A stretch of 64,000 bases of DNA from Candidatus Poribacteria bacterium. Lineage in GTDB: Bacteria; Poribacteria; WGA-4E; WGA-3G. Location of the stretch: positions 288,001 through 352,000 of the forward strand of contig OZ240248.1 of NCBI GenBank assembly GCA_965198235.1, given 5' to 3'. The position numbers and the translations under genes are program-made. The notes below the pieces were generated by a model, which saw only the letters and a list, made by a program, of their open reading frames with translations, was not told the DNA's origin and did no database searches. Shown piece by piece: positions 38,130-48,222 of this stretch (its first letter is position 1; each line of letters opens with the position of its first letter).

Positions 38130-39347
38130 ATGCAAGAGAAACAGTTCAAAGTTAGAGCGGCGCATTGCGATTATCGCGCAACGGAAGAGGAGATTTATCA
38201 AACACTCCGCCGTATCACCGACCCGCTCACCCGTGCCTGGAAACCGATTGAGACCGCCAAGAAGGTGGTCATGAAACTCAATATGATGAAACCGGCTGAG
38301 CGCATTATCTACTTTGAGGGTCGCCGCCGAGAATTAGTAGACGATGCGGTTTGTCGTGCCGTGCTGCGATTAATCAAGGAACATACCACGGCGCAGTTGG
38401 TCGCTACCGATACGAACCCGTATACCCACGGGCATCGCATGCCCCCGGGTTTCAACTACGAGCATCACTTAAAAGAATTCGACGTGCAGTTCGTCGATTC
38501 CAACCTCCCACCGTTTAAGGACTACGATGTCCCCGGCGGCGGTTCAATGTTCGATCGCTATACGCTGAGTGCTTGTTTTGACGATGCGGATGCAGTCGTC
38601 TCTGTCGCAAAGATGAAAAACCACGCCTTCATGGGCATCACCTTGTGCACCAAAAACCTGTTCGGGTTGCCACCGATGCTTCTCCCAGAAGGCAGGACAC
38701 GCAGTTATTACCATCATCTCATACGACTCTCCTACGTGCTCCCGGATCTGGCACTCATCACGAAGCCGTGCCTGAATATCATTGATGCGTTGACGGGACA
38801 GTGGGGACGCGAATGGGGCGGCGAAGGCAGAATCTGTAACGCACTCATCGCGGGGGATCATCCAATCTCCACTGACACCGTTGGTATGCACCTGATGGGA
38901 CACGATCCGCAGTCCGATTGGCCCACACCGCCCTTCAAGCGCGATCGGAACCATATCCTCATCGCGGCACAGCGCGGATACGGCACTGTCAACTTGGATG
39001 AGATCGATTGGGAGAGCGAAGTCAAGGCACCGTTGGCGGAGTTCGATTCTGTCGAAACGGATACGCCGGAGACGGTCGCTAACTGGCGGCGAACCACGTG
39101 TGAGCAAGGACTGGTTTACCTCGAAAATCAGAAGGACCTGATTGACCGGTATCGTAACGACTTCATTTACATGCAAAGTGGCGAAGTCGTCTGGAGTGGA
39201 CCGGATCCCTCGAATCTCGGCAGCCGTCGACAACTGAGCGGTGAGCAGAAAGATAGCGCGCTTTGGCTCAAACTTGTCGATGCTGAAGAGCATGAAGGCG
39301 AACGTTTCAACGTCTATGAAGAGTGTCTGAAACCCTTTGCGGCGTAA
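38130..39347 (+). CDS. DUF362 domain protein
   Basis: VVMKLN, SVAKMKNH..GITLCTKNLFG, LNIIDA, MGHDP. Confidence 0.8.
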   Translation: MQEKQFKVRAAHCDYRATEEEIYQTLRRITDPLTRAWKPIETAKKVVMKLNMMKPAERIIYFEGRRRELVDDAVCRAVLRLIKEHTTAQLVATDTNPYTHGHRMPPGFNYEHHLKEFDVQFVDSNLPPFKDYDVPGGGSMFDRYTLSACFDDADAVVSVAKMKNHAFMGITLCTKNLFGLPPMLLPEGRTRSYYHHLIRLSYVLPDLALITKPCLNIIDALTGQWGREWGGEGRICNALIAGDHPISTDTVGMHLMGHDPQSDWPTPPFKRDRNHILIAAQRGYGTVNLDEIDWESEVKAPLAEFDSVETDTPETVANWRRTTCEQGLVYLENQKDLIDRYRNDFIYMQSGEVVWSGPDPSNLGSRRQLSGEQKDSALWLKLVDAEEHEGERFNVYEECLKPFAA

Positions 39348-39363
39348 TTGCCGTTGTCTGAAT

Positions 39364-39400
39364 CGCGGATTATCACAGATAACACGGATGACGCGGATTT
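39364..39400. repeat. Nonamer tandem repeat
   Basis: CGCGGATTA, CACAGATAA, CACGGATGA, CGCGGATTT units. Confidence 0.55.
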
Positions 39401-39535
39401 TAAGAGGCTTTTTTGTTTCGCTTGATGTTCTTTAGACCCGTAGGTACAGCATCTGGACAGAAAAGGTTGAGAGTAACCCAAGAAAGCCTCGTAGCAGCGG
39501 CATTCGTATCGTGTTTGAAGCAAGGAGAAATCAAA

Positions 39536-40288
39536 ATGGGTATCACCAACGCGGAAAAGAAGCAATTGGATGAACACGGATGCATCGTCATCCCAGATGT
39601 GCTTTCCGATGAAGAGATTGAGGTCTATAGAGCCGATATACTTCGCTTGGCGGAAGAGGAGAAACAGAACGGATTGGCGCGTCAACATAGCGACGGACAT
39701 GGACAGCACGTCCGTTGGTTAGTCAACAAGGGCGAGATGTACGAGCAGCTCGTCGCTCGCCCCAAAGTGATGCCCTTCTTTGAACATCTCCTCGGTCCCG
39801 ATTATACGCTCAGCACACTCACTTCCAATCTCATTGATCCGGGCGCGCCGGATGGTGGCTACCATGTCGATAGCGTGCTTGGATCGATGCCGGAGCCGCT
39901 GCCCAGTTTCCCACTGGTTGCTAACAGTCTCTGGCTCCTCGATGATTTCACACCAGAGAACGGTGGCACTCGTCATGTGCCGGGTATCCATCTTCAGCGT
40001 ATCAAGCCACCCCCTGGGACTACTCATCATCCCGATGAGGTTCGGCTCTCCGCACCGAAAGGCTCGGTGTTTCTGTTTAACGGTGCGATCTGGCATTCCG
40101 CGGGTGCCAATAAAACCGATCGGCAGCGCATCGCGTTAATCTGTTTCTGTTGTCGTTCCTTTGTCAAGCCGATGTTTGATTTCGTGCATCATCTCAAACC
40201 GGAGGTCGCCGAACGCGCTACCCCAACCATGCGCCGCATCTACGGGTTCGATTCCCAACCCCAACCCCCAGATCAGCCTACGCAGTAA
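39536..40288 (+). CDS. PhyH-family dioxygenase
   Basis: YHVD, WLLDDFTPENGGT, WHSAGAN. Confidence 0.9.
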   Translation: MGITNAEKKQLDEHGCIVIPDVLSDEEIEVYRADILRLAEEEKQNGLARQHSDGHGQHVRWLVNKGEMYEQLVARPKVMPFFEHLLGPDYTLSTLTSNLIDPGAPDGGYHVDSVLGSMPEPLPSFPLVANSLWLLDDFTPENGGTRHVPGIHLQRIKPPPGTTHHPDEVRLSAPKGSVFLFNGAIWHSAGANKTDRQRIALICFCCRSFVKPMFDFVHHLKPEVAERATPTMRRIYGFDSQPQPPDQPTQ

Positions 40289-40392
40289 TTGCATTCCATT
40301 GGTGAGGCTCCTAATCTCACTTAACTCGCACAATTGATAGAGGCATTTGGTTTTACTAAATTCTTCTCCTGCGTTTTCGTGCAGTGCCAACA

Positions 40393-41169
40393 TCAATTCT
40401 GAGTCTTGAGTGTACCCCAAGTTACCGCCAGTTTTCCAGTGTGTTCAATTGCCAACGCCAGTGTATGCAATCTCCTCACGTCGGCATCACTTAACGCCCC
40501 TTCAAAAATGGCAACTTCGTCAATGCCACCGGCGTACCAGATACCACCCAAGTGCTGTGTGTAGGCGATTGTCGGCTTGTGCGCGGCACCGTAAGCGATA
40601 CTGATTGGGTCAGGTGCCGGGGTACTCTTTTTTAATTCACCGTCCAGGTAGATTCGGACGGACTTTTTGTTCTCAACAACCCCAACGACATGATGCCACT
40701 CGCTATCAGTGGGAAACGGTACATAAGCGGAGGGCCAATGCTTTGCCGCGTTCGCCGTGTCCGCTCGAATCCAGATGCCAACATTATTGTTATCAAGCAG
40801 TTGAATGCCGTAGTTGTATTTGTCATAGATGGGATTTCGTGTGCCAAGGGTCGGCTTAATAATCGCCTCCATCGTCACAGAAGGGAAGAAGAGGTCCTCA
40901 CCCATTCGTATCAAATCAACAACACCGTCAAAATCGAGGGCTTCACTGCGAAACCCGTCGATTGGGTCGGGTTTGCCGGTAATCGTTCCGCTGTTCTTCC
41001 CGAAAACATCTTCAACGTCTTTCGCTTGAACGGTGTCTTTGTCAAAGGTCCAAAGTGCCGCAAGCCCCATTTTTACTCTTGGGTCCTCGGCTTCCGCCGA
41101 CTGAATCACCGTGATAGAAATTACTAAACCGACTAAAAGCAGAACAGAGAGAGACAGTTTCGTTTTCAT
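40393..41169 (-). CDS. Secreted LamG-like jellyroll protein with C-terminal WG motif
   Basis: Signal peptide, ALWTFD, WHHVVG, GIDEVAIF, AIEHTGKLAVTWGTLK. Confidence 0.88.
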   Translation of the reverse strand: MKTKLSLSVLLLVGLVISITVIQSAEAEDPRVKMGLAALWTFDKDTVQAKDVEDVFGKNSGTITGKPDPIDGFRSEALDFDGVVDLIRMGEDLFFPSVTMEAIIKPTLGTRNPIYDKYNYGIQLLDNNNVGIWIRADTANAAKHWPSAYVPFPTDSEWHHVVGVVENKKSVRIYLDGELKKSTPAPDPISIAYGAAHKPTIAYTQHLGGIWYAGGIDEVAIFEGALSDADVRRLHTLALAIEHTGKLAVTWGTLKTQN

Positions 41170-41473
41170 GGATCATTCCTCCTTAGGTTCTGATCTCCTT
41201 CTAAACATTTCCTATAATTTTGAATATTTAGAAAAACGTGTCAAGTTTTTTCAAGAAAATTACATTTTTTAGATACTTTTGAACATTACCTCACTAACAA
41301 AACTGTAACGTTAATCATATATTTCACGTTATAATTTAAAGCGTAAGCCTTAACAACTTCCGACTTTTATTTATTAAGATAATTGGCGTGGGCAAAGAAT
41401 TCGCTGAATAAAAAGTCGTTATCCGAGAACTGAGTAATCGTTTCCAGAAAGGAAAACAGGAGGAGATTCCATT

Positions 41474-41899
41474 GTGACTATGATAACCCTTCATTGGCAA
41501 AAATGTATAAAGAACTCCCTCTGGTGTCAATTCAATGAAAAACTCTTAAACGATAGCCGTCTTGAGACTCGTCTCGGTGACCATAGTATGAGTATCAGTG
41601 GTGTCTATGTCATCTGGACGGGGATTGACAACCGCACAGTCCTTAAAGTCGGGAGCGGAATTATCAAAGATAAATTAGCAGCACACCTCAGAAACCCTGA
41701 AATTCAAGCCTATAAACCGACACGATTGTATGCTACGTGGGCTTCTACCGTATCTGTAAATGGACTCGGAGATGTACAAAAACGCATAGAGAAGCTCCTG
41801 GGTATCGTCTTTAAACCGAAATTGGTGGAACGCTTACCTGATGTTGACCCTATATTTGCCAATCTGCCTCGGTGGAATAAACCCGTGCCTCCGCTTTGA
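41474..41899 (+). CDS. Hypothetical protein with weak GIY-YIG-like signature
   Basis: AGGAGGAG RBS; SGVYVIW..VLKVGSG.IKDKLAAH. Confidence 0.6.
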   Translation: MTMITLHWQKCIKNSLWCQFNEKLLNDSRLETRLGDHSMSISGVYVIWTGIDNRTVLKVGSGIIKDKLAAHLRNPEIQAYKPTRLYATWASTVSVNGLGDVQKRIEKLLGIVFKPKLVERLPDVDPIFANLPRWNKPVPPL

Positions 41900-42120
41900 G
41901 AATCGAAAATAAAAATTGGAGACCGTATCACTTGCTGAATGTCAGCGGCGTGACAGTGCAACCACGACATAGGCAATGACTCGCCGGGTTTCCTAACCTT
42001 GCCTAATCCCCAAAATCGGTAGGTGCCTTTCCCAACAACGATCGGGGACCCCGATTTGTAATCCCTCCACATCAGCCAGTTCTCCTGTCGTATCACTGTT
42101 TGAATTCAGCAATATCCACT

Positions 42121-42144
42121 GTAGGAGCGAGCTTCAGCTCGCGA
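42121..42144 (+). repeat. GTAG-type REP palindrome
   Basis: GTAG-GA-GCGAGC-TTCA-GCTCGC. Confidence 0.65.
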
Positions 42145-42305
42145 CGTATTCTATAGAATCAACAAAAAACCGAAAACTGAACGGCTCTGGCTATACACTG
42201 TTTTTGCTTGCCTGCATTAGGATTGCCATGTTATACTGATACCACCTCCACATTGTTTTTCTGAAAAAAATGACCCAGTCCTAATAAATATTTACAGAAA
42301 ATATC

Positions 42306-42464
42306 ATGCCGAACCGACGCGAAACAACAATCACAAACGAATTAGTGAACATTCTACGAAACATGCGCCACAGATGGGAACTTGAAACGGAAGTCAATGC
42401 CTTTATTCAAGGCAACAGCGAACTTGATGCACTCGTGAAGACTAGAAAACCCTACGTCCACTAA
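42306..42464 (+). pseudogene. Short ORF (52 aa), probable N-terminal remnant of a larger gene
   Basis: MPNRRETTITNELVNILRNMRHRWELETE...LDALVK then an early stop; protein-like composition. Confidence 0.3.
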
Positions 42465-42517
42465 TTTCAATCACGAAACTAACCTCTACGAAGCCAAAGA
42501 GGACAAGAATTTTCAGG

Positions 42518-43312
42518 TTATTGCCTTTCAGTCATTGACTGCTTGAGTACTCCCCAGGTTACCGCAAGTTTCCCCGATGTCTCGACTGCTAATGCATCTC
42601 GCAAATTCATCGTAATGTCCTGGATCTCATCTTCAGTCAACGCCTGACTGAAAATTGCGACCTCATCAAGCACGCCTTCCCAATAATCGCCTCTCGGATT
42701 CCCCCAGCGTCCGATTCGGACAGGTTCCGTATTATGGTCAGGCGGAATCTCAGTTTTGGTCTCACCCTCCATCACGCCGTCCAGATACGCCCGAAGCACT
42801 TTGCCATCAAAGGTAGCAGCGACGTGATGCCACTTGCCATCTGCAGCGACCGTCTTGCTAAAGGCAGTTTTCCACGCCCCTCCTGTGGTGTAGTTCACGC
42901 CAAGCAGATTTGTGTCACCGGCAATGAATATGCCATAATTCCTTGGGTTCCCAGCGACAGGCTCCTTTCCTAACACGGTTTGCCATTTGCCCGTCGGCTG
43001 CGTTTTAATCCACGCCGATGCCGTATATTCGGTGAGATCGAATGCCTTATCGTGTGGGATTTCTACGATATTACCATTCCCGTCAAATTCGAGAGCCGTC
43101 CCTATTTTGCCTTGAATCCACTTCGCGCCCTTAATATCGCCGTCATGACCGTTACCGGAGGCATCCTTCGCTGTCCCGCCTTGGTTTTCGTCGAAAAGCC
43201 ATGCGCCAACGAGTGCATCTTCCAATACATTCGCTGCACATATACCAGTGCCACACAGCAGTTCTGTCAACATTATCAACATCATCACAGGTAATTTTTG
43301 AACAGTCATCAT
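42518..43312 (-). CDS. Secreted LamG-like jellyroll protein with C-terminal WG motif
   Basis: GAWLFDE, GKIGTALEFDG, WHHVAATFDG, AVETSGKLAVTWGVLK. Confidence 0.9.
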   Translation of the reverse strand: MMTVQKLPVMMLIMLTELLCGTGICAANVLEDALVGAWLFDENQGGTAKDASGNGHDGDIKGAKWIQGKIGTALEFDGNGNIVEIPHDKAFDLTEYTASAWIKTQPTGKWQTVLGKEPVAGNPRNYGIFIAGDTNLLGVNYTTGGAWKTAFSKTVAADGKWHHVAATFDGKVLRAYLDGVMEGETKTEIPPDHNTEPVRIGRWGNPRGDYWEGVLDEVAIFSQALTEDEIQDITMNLRDALAVETSGKLAVTWGVLKQSMTERQ

Positions 43313-43336
43313 TGTGTGTTCCTTTGGTGTTGAATG

Positions 43337-44191
43337 TCAAGCGGTTTCGGAAACGGGTAGTACATCACGCTCGACTTCGTAGACTTTGTCCGAGAAAGTT
43401 TTACCGCGAATCCACATGACAGCGCAGCCTCCCTCCGGTTTAGGGGTTGTCCATTCTGCTTGCGCACTGAGGTAGTGGGCAACGAAACTGCGGCGGAACC
43501 GTAGGCTGTGGTTGTCCATGCTCTTGTGCAGGAGATGGCTGTGGAACCAGATGACCGCACCCGGTGGCACTTCTACCGCCACACCGTCTTCGTCGCGGAC
43601 ACCGCGTGCCAACTTGAATTCCCGCTGTTGTGAACCCTCAAGGTCGTCGTGTTGAAAGATGTCCCATTTATGGCTACCGGGGATAACGTAGAGGCAACCG
43701 TTCTCTCGGTCTGCTGGGTCAATAGCCGTCCATGTTCCAACAGTCGTCTCCGTATTAAACCGAGTGCGAAAGTAGAACTTATCTTGATGCCACGGGAAAC
43801 CGAGACCGATCTTGGGTGCTTTCCAGATAAACAGCGTGTTGATACCGAGGATATCCGGACCGAGAAAGTCAACAAGTGGATCGGTGAGACGGGGATCGCG
43901 CACACGTGCAAGGAATTCTGGGTCGTAGCAACTCGGAAAATGGATTTTGTGCATCGCATAGATGCCCTGCTGCGCTGCTTTCCCGTCCTTGACGAGTGCG
44001 TTCTGATCGATATGTACGGACGGAAACGGACGTTTCCTGTCCACAATATCTTCAGCGACTTGACGGAATGCATCGTTCTCTTCGGGAGTGAATACGTTCA
44101 AGCGGACAAGGTAACCGTTCTCGTTCCAGTATGAGAGTTCATCCGGACTTAGTTTAAAAAGCCGATCCTGTGGCGTTAATTCTGTATCCAT
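43337..44191 (-). CDS. PhyH-family dioxygenase
   Basis: WHQD, WTAID, NGCLYVIPGSH, LLHKS; start MDTEL. Confidence 0.9.
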   Translation of the reverse strand: MDTELTPQDRLFKLSPDELSYWNENGYLVRLNVFTPEENDAFRQVAEDIVDRKRPFPSVHIDQNALVKDGKAAQQGIYAMHKIHFPSCYDPEFLARVRDPRLTDPLVDFLGPDILGINTLFIWKAPKIGLGFPWHQDKFYFRTRFNTETTVGTWTAIDPADRENGCLYVIPGSHKWDIFQHDDLEGSQQREFKLARGVRDEDGVAVEVPPGAVIWFHSHLLHKSMDNHSLRFRRSFVAHYLSAQAEWTTPKPEGGCAVMWIRGKTFSDKVYEVERDVLPVSETA

Positions 44192-44426
44192 TTTAATCTC
44201 CTGTTTTTTAGTTTGCGGGAGCGGGTGGGAATCCCTTTGAACCGCTGTAAAAATGATAGCATATTTGATGGAAAAGTCAAACCGATTTTTCTTGACAGAT
44301 GCTGTTGTAAAGTGTATCGTCATGGGAAATTATCAGGTACTACCCACTAAAGTTTTGAGAAATATATGAAGTATGCTAAAATGGCGTACTGATTCAAAGT
44401 CACTGTCTAACATACGGAGGACAACA

Positions 44427-45605
44427 ATGAGCACGAATGAAGCACCAGTGAAAGAGACTTATCGCGCGACAGCGTTTGCAGATTTCCAACCTGAACTTTC
44501 GGCTCCGGGTGCTACGCCTGAAAGATTGGCGTACCTGAAGGAGCACGGTTTTGTCATCATCAACGACTTTGTTGGTAACCCGTGGATTCCAGTTCTTCGG
44601 GAGGCGGGTCGCCGGGTCACTGAGGCATGCGCACCCGAAAACGGCTACGACACAATCGACAACTCAAAGGGTTACGTCCACCGTGCCGCACAGGATGAAC
44701 CGTGGGCGATCCGAGGACTCATCCATCCCGCTTTCAAAGAGCCGAGTTTCTCCGAGTTCCACGGCTCTTCGGATTTCCTAGATTTTGTTGCCTCTTGGTG
44801 TCACGGGATCCAACCTGAGGATCTGACGTTTAGTGGGATACTGCTGTGGGCAAATCCACGGAAACAGGAAAACGGACCCAGTTGGCACAGAGACGTGACG
44901 TGGTGGGGGGATGGAGCAGGTTACTTCTCACAGCGGGAAATCCGCGGGGATACCCCTGAAGACTATTCCGAAGAAGTGGAGCGAATTCGCTGGAAAGAAA
45001 TTCAAGAAAGCAATGAGAAGCGGATTACCGAACGGAACAGCGTGAGCATGTTTTTGGCACTCACAGACGACGAATGCCATGAACTTATTCCGGGTAGCCA
45101 CCATCAATGGCGCACACCGTTTGAGCATGACGTGCTACTTCCACAGGCGATGAAGGATCAGGGTGTCCCCTATACACCGAGTTGGAACGGGTCTGACCCG
45201 TTGCCCGGTCAGGCTGCTATTCGGCTCAAGCCCGGGGAGGCACTCATCCGCAATGGCAACAACATCCACACAGGGCACACCGTGCCTGATCGCGAGCGCA
45301 ACACTTTGTCGATCGGTTGGTCGAAATGGTCGGGTGAATTCACCGGCGAGCCTTCGGTCGCAGACGCACGAAACGCGTGGCAACTCGATCCTGCCGTCCG
45401 AGACGTTTTACCGCACGGGTTTATGCAGACAGCATGGGACCGGTGGGCAGAAACCCAGAAACTCGGAGGCACGCTTGAGGACAGGTACGCCGGATATGAC
45501 ATTAGGCAGATTAAATCTGGAAAGGTCGCCGGATGGCGGACTGAATTGGAACGTCAAGCTGCCACAGCAGGCGACGCGTGGGAAGCTTACCAAACGGCTG
45601 TCTAA
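44427..45605 (+). CDS. PhyH-like dioxygenase, divergent
   Basis: LKEHGFV, WHRD, LIPGSHH, LKPGE, IHTG; GGAGG RBS. Confidence 0.8.
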   Translation: MSTNEAPVKETYRATAFADFQPELSAPGATPERLAYLKEHGFVIINDFVGNPWIPVLREAGRRVTEACAPENGYDTIDNSKGYVHRAAQDEPWAIRGLIHPAFKEPSFSEFHGSSDFLDFVASWCHGIQPEDLTFSGILLWANPRKQENGPSWHRDVTWWGDGAGYFSQREIRGDTPEDYSEEVERIRWKEIQESNEKRITERNSVSMFLALTDDECHELIPGSHHQWRTPFEHDVLLPQAMKDQGVPYTPSWNGSDPLPGQAAIRLKPGEALIRNGNNIHTGHTVPDRERNTLSIGWSKWSGEFTGEPSVADARNAWQLDPAVRDVLPHGFMQTAWDRWAETQKLGGTLEDRYAGYDIRQIKSGKVAGWRTELERQAATAGDAWEAYQTAV

Positions 45606-45907
45606 CACTACGGCTCAGCGCAAACTTAAGATGGCGTTCTCTATTCGTGCTGCTTCAACTATCCAATTTTTTGTGTAGTTGGAGCAGACTTAATTCTGCT
45701 TGACTTTACATCCTCTATAGCATATCACAGTTACGTGGGGGCAAGATTACTCGGACGTAACGCCGCTGAAGGGCGTTGTTTTTGGAAGTGGTACACATGA
45801 ATTATTTGTTTCAGTGGATTGCCAAAGGGAGAATTTTTAACGATTCGCAAGGCGTTAAATCAAGCAATGGGTTCCATAACGGTTTTCGTTGAAAAGTCGC
45901 CTGCGCC

Positions 45908-45926
45908 TGCTTCGCAGTGAGAATGC
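45908..45926 (-). repeat. GCGAAGC micro-repeat R9
   Basis: GCATTCTCACTGCGAAGCA; also at 10315-10333 and 50279-50296, degenerate at 37956. Confidence 0.7.
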
Positions 45927-45984
45927 AGGCTTGAATCACTCTTTATGCTGCAAGGACTGCCCGCGTTCCCAAACCCCGTACAGA

Positions 45985-46094
45985 ATTAACCGGAAACCTG
46001 CAAGTTAACCATCAACTCGTGCTTTAACATTTATAACGGAGGCGAGTTGATGGTTAAAACGGACGCAGCAGACCAGGAGCCCATAAATTAAAAA
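45985..46094 (+). repeat. Host repeat E1 carrying a 53-bp palindromic element (46005-46057); abuts mazG-like ATG
   Basis: ATTAACCGGAAACCTGC..[TTAACCATCAACTCG...CGAGTTGATGGTTAA]..CCCATAAATTAAAAA-ATG. Confidence 0.8.
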
Positions 46095-46379
46095 ATGACA
46101 ATTGAAGCGTTTCAGAAACAGATTGAAGATATCTATTACACACGCGATGTTGAGCGCGGGGTGCCTCTCACCTTCACATGGTTCGTTGAAGAAGTCGGTG
46201 AGTTGGCAAAAGAGATCCGCAAACAGCCACAAGACTTGACGCGACTGCGCGAGGAATTCGCCGATGTTTTTGCATGGCTCGCTACATTAGCAAGCCTACT
46301 CGGTATTTCTCTTGAGGATGCCGCGAAAATCTACGCAGAGGGCTGCCCGAAGTGTAGCGCAACCCCCTGTCGCTGTTAG
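46095..46379 (+). CDS. MazG-like nucleotide pyrophosphohydrolase
   Basis: EEVGELA, EEFADV, C-terminal CPKC..PCRC. Confidence 0.88.
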   Translation: MTIEAFQKQIEDIYYTRDVERGVPLTFTWFVEEVGELAKEIRKQPQDLTRLREEFADVFAWLATLASLLGISLEDAAKIYAEGCPKCSATPCRC

Positions 46380-46392
46380 CTTATGGGTGAAC

Positions 46393-47673
46393 TTAGTTCC
46401 CGTTCAAGAATCGATCGAAGTTGCCGCCGAACAGGTTATTGACATCCCGTCCAATCTCTGCCGAAGTCAATGTCCACCCGACATCAAGAAGTGTTTGGTA
46501 TTTTTCTACCAGGACCTCTGCGATAATCTGCCGCGAGTGTTTCCATTTGTAAACGAGTTGATCCAAAATTCGCGCATCGGAGTGTTGGGGGATGACACTC
46601 AAACCGAGTAATTCAATCCGTTCTCGCGTGATCTCCTCAATGACGCTCGGATTGTTCATAAACCACCAGCATCCAAATATCATCAGATTTTTGAATTTCC
46701 GTCCAATCACACACAACTCATGTTGATTTTCGCGCGACAGGAGCGTAACGAGAAACTTATTGTCAGGATTTTCACGGAGCAGCGTTTCCAGACTCGTCAA
46801 GTCGGCTTTTCCGCTTCCATCGCCTGCCATCTGAAGTTGTGGATTCACCGCACGCTTCACACCAATCATGAGCGCGAATGGAACGTTAAATTCACGGGAG
46901 ATCGGTAGTATACAGTTATCAAACAACCGTCCAAGAACACCGTCATCGGGGTATTGGAAATCGGGTGGGAGAGAGACCGCCATGTATTTTGGGTTCATCC
47001 GCTGAATCCATGTCTCTAAAAATCGACGAACTTCTTTGTAGGTTTTCTCCGTTGATAGACTGGGATCGACATCGTAGCCGAGACCCCTGAGATGTTCGTA
47101 ACCGACTTCTTCATAGGTATTGATGAGGACATCCATCCGAAGCGCTGCTTCAAAGCGTGTGTCGCCAGTGTCGCCGGATTGCCACACCGGTGCCTCTGCC
47201 GAATCAAAGGGGTCGTTCGTCATCACCACTTTAGAGACTTTCGCACGTTCAAAAACAGTGTCAATGAAGGCATCGACGGTGGTATCCGCAAAATAGGCAC
47301 GGTAGTCCTGTAGGTTTCGCGAACTAACATCCAAGCCTAACGCATCTAAAGTCGTCACAATGCCGCGGCACGCCTCGCTCAGCGGTGAATTTTCAATGAA
47401 CAGCGTCTGCCAAATCAGTTCTGCCTGTTCCGCCTTTGACATCCCCCAAAATTGCTGATACGAAACATCAGATTTGCGGAATACTTCAGCAATGAGGTAG
47501 TGATAGGTCAGCAGTTCATCAATACCCCATAGCAACAACTCACCGAATGGCGGACTAAAGAGGTGTGTGTGAATATCTGTGACACTTTGCGTGTCCACGG
47601 CATCTAAAACAGCGGTTTTCAATTCATCCGCGGTTTTAATCTCCTGTGTGTGGTTTGATTCAGAAACGTTCAT
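46393..47673 (-). CDS. Uronate (glucuronate) isomerase, Bh0493-like subgroup
   Basis: DIHTHLF, LLTYHYL, MTNDPFD, FGCWWF, QHSDAR. Confidence 0.85.
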   Translation of the reverse strand: MNVSESNHTQEIKTADELKTAVLDAVDTQSVTDIHTHLFSPPFGELLLWGIDELLTYHYLIAEVFRKSDVSYQQFWGMSKAEQAELIWQTLFIENSPLSEACRGIVTTLDALGLDVSSRNLQDYRAYFADTTVDAFIDTVFERAKVSKVVMTNDPFDSAEAPVWQSGDTGDTRFEAALRMDVLINTYEEVGYEHLRGLGYDVDPSLSTEKTYKEVRRFLETWIQRMNPKYMAVSLPPDFQYPDDGVLGRLFDNCILPISREFNVPFALMIGVKRAVNPQLQMAGDGSGKADLTSLETLLRENPDNKFLVTLLSRENQHELCVIGRKFKNLMIFGCWWFMNNPSVIEEITRERIELLGLSVIPQHSDARILDQLVYKWKHSRQIIAEVLVEKYQTLLDVGWTLTSAEIGRDVNNLFGGNFDRFLNGN

Positions 47674-47696
47674 TGTGATCCTCTCCTGTGACAAAA

Positions 47697-48222
47697 TCAA
47701 CTCAAAAAACGGACGTTAACACCTTCTAACTCTTTCTGTATGAATTCTCGACAGTCGTTGATCGACTTGAGGAAGGGATGATCCTTCGATTCAATGTCAA
47801 ACATTAGATCCGCGGGTCCAAAGTCGATATAGGTAATACCGGGTTTCACTAAGGTACGTACGTTCAGAACCGATTTAAGGGACTCGACCTTGAATCCAAG
47901 AATAGCGTTCTCGTTCCACCATTTGGCGTATTCTTGTCGGTCTTTTCGTTCTTCAATACCATAGCCTACCCAACCACCCCAGCTCCGTCTACCGATTGGG
48001 GGGTAGTAGAATGCGTTCAATGCTTCATTGACAATTTCTTCTGTCTCGACTTCGGGAACTTTGATCGCCAACACACCGAGATCACAGTAATTGCCGAGAC
48101 GATAAGCGTGTCGGGTATGTTTGATTCGTAAGAGAACAGGCATCTCTTTTTCTTCAGCGGCTTCGGAGATACGAGAGATGTCCCACTCCGTGTAGGGACC
48201 GTGCTGACAATCAATATAAAAT
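47697..48222 (-). pseudogene. 5'-truncated HpcH/HpaI aldolase family gene
   Basis: YIDCQHGP, LGVLAIKVPEVET, YYPPIGRRS, KVES, FGPADL; homology starts at the upstream stop codon with no start or RBS. Confidence 0.6.

Noticed and set aside
38544-39293. 249-aa antisense ORF and the many other overlapping short ORFs
   Set aside because: Shadow frames of well-supported genes with no recognisable motifs
45606-45900. Possible ncRNA or riboswitch in a long intergenic region
   Set aside because: Only a short hairpin is visible and there is no recognisable family signature
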